Assembly (NCBI RefSeq): GCF_018977255.1
Contig: NW_024704948.1
Span: 1 to 64,000, forward strand
Length of the DNA stretch: 64,000 nt
Direction: 5' to 3'
DNA from: Callorhinchus milii
Lineage: Eukaryota
The position numbers were made by a program, and so were the translations under genes. The notes beneath the pieces were generated by a model. It was not told where the DNA came from. It searched no databases and saw only the letters and a list, made by a program, of their open reading frames with translations. Shown here one piece after another: positions 58,813-64,000 of the stretch. How positions within the stretch are numbered: position 1 is the first letter of the stretch; each line of letters begins with the position of its first letter.

Positions 58813-61800
58813 TCACCATAACTTTATGAATTTAGCAACGATACGAAATGGATAAACTATTCCTTTCCGAAGCTCTTCTCTGAACTTGGTCTGAGTCAAA
58901 GCATAAATGCAGGTGTTGGTACAGCAACTCAACCTTTGAAGCATGATTCCGGTTTCTTGCACTATGTACCGCTTATTAATGACAAATGCTGCGGTGTAAT
59001 TAAAATTCGAAAGTTGCCATTTGAAGGAATATGAAACAAAAGTTATCCAAAGTAGTATAAGACTGCCCGATATGGTGAAGAGTAAAATGACTGATTTTCT
59101 TCGGTTTTCTAACTCTGGATCAATTGCTTTCTCAGCATTTCTCTGACCCAGTAGCCTCCTGCGGACTCTATTGGCCATCATAATGTGCCTGATAGTCAGA
59201 GCGTTAAACAGGCAAAGGAAAGCAAAACCAAACATGGGAACAACAATACGTTGAAGCCTTTCAAAAGCTTTCCAGGTGTCCAAGATATGGAAGATTGATT
59301 TGATGATGCAGTACCATAGGATGTTGTTAATTATAAAATAAGAATCAAACGCAAAATAGCAGGGAATGCTCAGTGACCAGATGAAAATAGACAGAGTTAC
59401 AATAACCACTGTGGCCATCCTCTCAGTGCAATATATTGGTTTCAGCTTTTGGCAGCAAATGGCTACAAAACGATCGAAAGTGAAAGCCACAGTGAACCAC
59501 AGAGAGCTGTGAATAGCGACACTCATCAATACAACTTTAATACTACACACTGGAGTGTAGAATAAGATATTTAATGGGAAATACAGATTGTTTATTTTAT
59601 TCAGCAGCCCATCTACAAGGACAACCAGGAGATCCGCCACTGCCATGGCTACCAAACAGCGAGTGATGCACTTGGAGAGACCGCACTTTCCTCGTGACAG
59701 GACCGCAATCGCCAGCAAATTAACTGCGAGAAGCAATAAAAGCAGAAAACGTTACTTATACAAATAAAAATTGCTATGTTAAAAATTTAAAGATGTGTCA
59801 TATATGGTTGCGTTTTCATTGAATGGAAGTGGCGATAACAGAACATAAGCAAACAAGAATTTCATAATTTCGTGCAACCATTTATCTTCCATAGTAAACA
59901 TTGAAACTCTACCTTATACAAATAATCAATCTTGACGTAAAATAATATTACCAACTACAGTTATTGTGCTTTGGAATCATATTCCTCTGTTTCATAAAAC
60001 AAGAATGTAGAAGATCTGAAGTAAGCTTTGTCAGGAATAAAATATTTTGGTGTGGAGCTTTTGCTATATAGCTCCCGCAATATGGCTCAATTTGATTTTT
60101 CAGATACAAAATTAATCAGTTATTTTTAACAGCAGTTTATCTGGATTAAAATCTACAAACATTCCAGCAGATTGGAAACCAGTTTCGATTCAGAAAAGTT
60201 ATAACGAAACCTGAGAACTGTACAACACAAAGCAATCCATGCGGCCGAGTGGGTTTACACTGGCCCGTAGAAGAAAATTTGTATACGGTTTTACTGTCCA
60301 AAATAGCCTTATCACATTTTGAGGTTCTTTTCATTAAAAATGAATCCAGTTTCCTCTTTAATCCCAAAACGGGCTATGCCTCTATCACCTCCATAGCCAT
60401 TCCGCATCCCAACAGCATGCTGAGTAAAAAAGATCAACAAAAGCTCCATATTTCTTTCTTCTTGTGACTAACTTGTATCTTTGGCCACAAGGCAGCGATA
60501 CTCTATTGGTGCAAATAATTTCTCACTCTTCACTCTTTCAAACTCCTCCATATTTTCATTCCTCTATAAGGTCCCTTACCAACCTTCTCTGATCCAATGA
60601 AAATAGACCCAACCTGTCCAATCATTACTCGTTACCAAAGTACATTATCCCTGGTGTCATTCTTGTAAAGCTTCTTTCAACTCTCCAAATCCTAGACTTA
60701 TTTCATGAATAGAGATCGAATGCAAATCTCCAGCTGCTGCTTATGCAATGTTTTTTGCAATGGTGGAATTATTGCTTCAGTTTCCTATTCTATGCTCCTG
60801 TGTGAACTCTGGGGCCAAAACAGCTTGCATAAAAATAACTTTCAAGCATTGAGCATCCCTGTGTGTTGAAAACCAGCGGAGCTGGGGAGAGACTGTGGAC
60901 GTGACTATTGACTCCATCAAAGAAGAAGGTATTCAGATAAGATCTGAAGATAGATAACGAGAGAACACAGTGGAGGAATTCAGACAGTGTTTGAGATGGG
61001 AAGTGTCTCAAAGCATAGCCACTGATGGTGGAGTAACGGGGATAAGTACCCTATGGAAGGGAAGCCAACTAAGTCAAAGAAGAATACAGTTATGGAATGT
61101 AAGCAGGTCAGAGCGGTAAAGAGATCATGGAGGTGACAGGAATTAAATTGATTTGAGAGTAAAGGTGAGGATGACGAAATCGAATCGTCAATCAATGAGG
61201 GTTTTAGTGTTGAGTTTGAGACATGGTCTGAGGTGCGTAATGCAGACCATGAAATCGAATCGTTCTGGTCAGAACGTCGGGAGGATAGATAGTTCTGGAT
61301 ATATCATGTCGTGTAGGTTGTGCCAATTTGGGAAGCTGTTGACAGTTTATAGGTAGATCGTTACCAGAGGACACCAGTATAAGTGAGCAATGATGGGATC
61401 AAAAAGAAATTGCTCCACCCAGAGGGAAGAGAGTAAGAAGTAGTTGTTACCTGAATTGATAATTGTATTTGGTTGTATTGAAGAGGAAAATAGACATTCA
61501 CCTGAGAGAGAGGGGAACACAAGCTTGTGGGAGGGAGTAATGAGTAACGACTTCTATGCATTACAACAACAACACCAAGATCAACTTGCACTTATCAAGC
61601 GCTCTGCACGCAGAGTAGAGAATCACACCACTTAAGAGTGGCGGAGCCTAACTGTGAGCCGTGGGTAGGGCAGAGGCCGCCATGAGCACAGTCGAATTGG
61701 AAAGTTTTCACGCGGAACATTGAAGAAGGGAGAGAGGCGACAAGGCGTGTGTATTAAGTCAGAGTTTTCCAGAGTTTTGGGGGCGTTGTGGCTGAAAGCG

Positions 61801-62280
61801 CGACATCCAAAGGTGGTGCGGATGGTGCGAGGGACGAGCAGGAGGCGCTGTGTGGTCGAGTGTGGAGTGAGGAGGTCGGATAGGTAAGGAGGTTCCTTGG
61901 AGGTGCCATTATAAACACCAACATGAACAGATTCATCTGAGTGTCCCCCTTTCGTGCTGTGCAATCTTTGTAAATCTTTTTATACCTTTTAATACAGCCC
62001 TTTCCACTACTGATGCTACTTTCACAGACTTGCGTACTTCTAATCCCTGGTACATTTGCTGCTATGCGCAAGAAAACATACTGTCTTTCGACACATACAT
62101 ATTTTTCTACGGACATGAATAACCTGATATGTCACTTAACAAAATGTCTTCTGTCACCCAATGCCGTAACCTGTTGACCATTGCTGATAATTGCGACCAA
62201 ATAGACTTACCAGGAATTCCAAATGCTGCAAGAATGGGGTAGTAAATAGCAGTTACTGTGTACAATTTTGGATATTCCAT
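58813..62280 (-). CDS. Two-exon class-A (rhodopsin-type) GPCR, GPR139-like family, 326 aa
   Basis: Exon 1 62211-62280 MEYPKLYTVTAIYYPILAAFGIP with a phase-1 GTAAGT donor. Exon 2 58813-59723 follows a polypyrimidine-CAG acceptor and reads VNLLAIAVLSRGKCGLS..MAVADLLV (TM2)..FTFDRFVAICC (DRY-like)..SCCTNTCIY (NPxxY-like). The joined frame is 981 nt ending in TGA. The family name comes from recalled motif similarity, not a search. Confidence 0.88.
60220..60700 (-). mobile_element. Degenerate CR1 RT 3' fragment in the GPCR intron
   Basis: The minus strand gives LKRKLDSFL (CR1 C-terminal FKxxLD-type motif), an ERSFTRMTPG-like stretch near 60655-60690, and a CR1-like tail near 60225-60250. Confidence 0.55.
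60880..61920 (-). mobile_element. Degenerate L2 RT fragments in the GPCR intron
   Basis: Minus-strand PPYLSDLL..LLLVPR..GCRAFSHNAP (61640-61920), and CTCAAACTCAACACTAAAACC (LKLNxxKT-like) near 61200-61225. Confidence 0.55.
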
Positions 62281-62754
62281 TCTCTGTATTACAAATTGTT
62301 GCTGAAGGCAGAGACTTCGATGAACAGACTGCCGTCACACTGAAATAAATTTGTACTTATAGGGAACACGAAACTACATCTTTCATCATGAGTGCAATTA
62401 GTTCCAGACATATGAACAAACAAGTTAATGTATCCACTTGATATTTGCAAATGGCACACTTGGATTAGATTTGTTATTGTGAATTGAAAATAAGTTACTC
62501 ACAAAATACATAAAAATTAATTGAAGAATGAAATGAAAACAGAAAGAAAGGAGCAATATAATTGAAAATATCACAGGAAGCACGCGAAGAACAAGTGGAG
62601 TAATAAAATAAACAAATTACACACTTTTGTCGGGCCCTTCACGTCGGAAAGAAGTCCCAGTGCGCTGGAGAGACAGGGTTTCTTGCATCTATCACTTGCT
62701 TCTATCAAACTACATTCCCGCGGGGTAATGCATGGAATTGTGTAAAGTACAAAT

Positions 62755-62970
62755 AGTTAACGCGGCAGCCAATTGCGCACAGCAATGTCCCACAAACAGT
62801 CGTAGATTGAAAACGACCAATTTATTATTGTTTTTTTTTGGAGGGATTATTATTAGGCTCTGTCTGGAGTAAGTAAACTTGCCCAAGATTTCGCCCTCTG
62901 CCTGGAATTGAACTCAGGTCTCTCACTTGCAAAGCGAGTGCTCCAACCACTGAGCTACAGGACTCCACTA
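62755..62970 (-). mobile_element. Young short-subfamily SINE with a tRNA-Ala-like head
   Basis: GGAGTCCTGTAGCTCAGTGGTTGGAGCACTCGCTTTGCAAGTGAGAGACCTGAGTTCAATTCCAGG; anticodon-arm remnant CTCGC-TTTGCAA-GTGAG (TGC). Confidence 0.8.
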
Positions 62971-64000
62971 CAGGACATTATTACCATATATTTGAAACTA
63001 TCAGTGTGGAATGAATGGTTTTAATCAAGTAGCGCCAAGGTAGGTGTAGTCAGCTGTGCACATCATTTGCAGGCATGTTGCTGATGTGAAATGTGCTATG
63101 AAATAGTATATTTTTTGGCATTTTAAATCTCCCTTCATTTCCAACTGACACCTTAATCGTTTATTCCCTAAATCTATTTCCCTCTGACACCTGTTGATGT
63201 GCTAATAAACGATCAAACAGAAAGAAATATTCCATCTTAATCCACTGCAAAGCAATTTCATTTCATAGGTGTGTTCGCCTACAAAATATATCACACGATT
63301 CTTTGGTTTCATTAGCTTGTTGGCTGATTCTGGGACATTGCTGTGAACAACTTAGCTGCCGCGTTTACCCCAAAGTAACCTCGTCTTTCAACAGTCCATC
63401 TTAAAAAGTGCTTTGAGACGTTTTCCTGGTGTGACAACTGCAATATGAAATGTGGGAATGGCTATTCGTCTGATTATTGACAGATGCATTTTGCCGCTCA
63501 TCTCTGAAGGGGCCCACTTCACCTCCCACAGGAGGGTAAAGGAGACGGAGAACTGGGAAGTCAGTGCATCAAGGTGTTTGAGGCAAAAGCAAAGGGAAGA
63601 AATTAAATCAACAGTACGAGAAAGATTCTGTTGATTTAGACGGAGGGTAATCTGGACACCAGCTGGATTACGAGAGCTTTCAAGAGATCAGTGGACAGTT
63701 CAGGTCGTGTGTTCACTAACCCTTTCTTGACTGTTATCCTTTTTTATTCGTCGATGTTGAACCACGAGCTCGACAATAATTACCGGAAACAACGCGAGAA
63801 CCAGGATGACGCGGACGACGTTCGCAATTCCCTGAGTAGTCAAGTAACCTGTGAAAAAGACACAGATACAACACTGGTCAGTGACTGAATCATGATTATT
63901 CGATTGGCCGATGTATCATTGGTTCAGCCGGATATCGATATAGCGGGGATGAGCATCCACCTGTGGAGTAAACACGACTGAAATGATTGCAATTTTATAG

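Noticed and set aside
62895-62968. Apparent tRNA-Ala genes (also ~10850-10930, ~41090-41150, ~54290-54360)
   Set aside because: The acceptor stem pairs only partly, and each head runs into a SINE core and L2-type tail. These are SINE heads, not tRNA genes.
1-64000. D or J segments and constant exons
   Set aside because: By eye I found no convincing free-standing 12-RSS, FGxG J motif or C1 domain. CACAGTG hits at ~8125, ~8700, ~10616 and ~23925 lack nonamers. A systematic RSS scan was not run.

Overview
This is vertebrate genomic DNA, most likely from a cartilaginous fish (inferred from the repeat families and the GPCR type). It covers part of a T-cell receptor alpha/delta-type V-segment array. 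I resolved 22 V genes, all on the minus strand, each with a leader exon, a phase-1 intron, a V exon and a heptamer-23-nonamer RSS. They fall into five families, named here by their 3' ends: A (CALDP/NP/ET), B (CALSP), C (CAEG/ES/DS), D (CAVET/AET) and E (CAKRP). The order is A B C C [gap] B D | A B C E B D | A B A B C E B D D C, a tandemly amplified ~15-kb A-B-C-E-B-D cassette with mosaic and chimeric copies. V17 is a frameshifted pseudogene, and V1, V4 and V10 carry RSS or splice lesions. No D, J or C segments, Ig-like V or leaderless NAR-TCR supporting V were seen. Beyond the last V is a two-exon, 326-aa class-A GPCR of the GPR139-like type (62280 to 58813). Intergenic DNA is dense in tRNA-Ala-derived SINEs with an L2-type tail, plus L2, CR1, Deu-like SINE and Penelope-like remnants and microsatellites. 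The strongest leads are (1) a six-copy intergenic module with E-box/ETS/E-box sites and a CTCF-consensus motif, always co-oriented with the V genes, (2) co-oriented SINE heads just 3' of most RSSs, and (3) a ~1.8-kb exchange tract whose two ends fall inside V exons.
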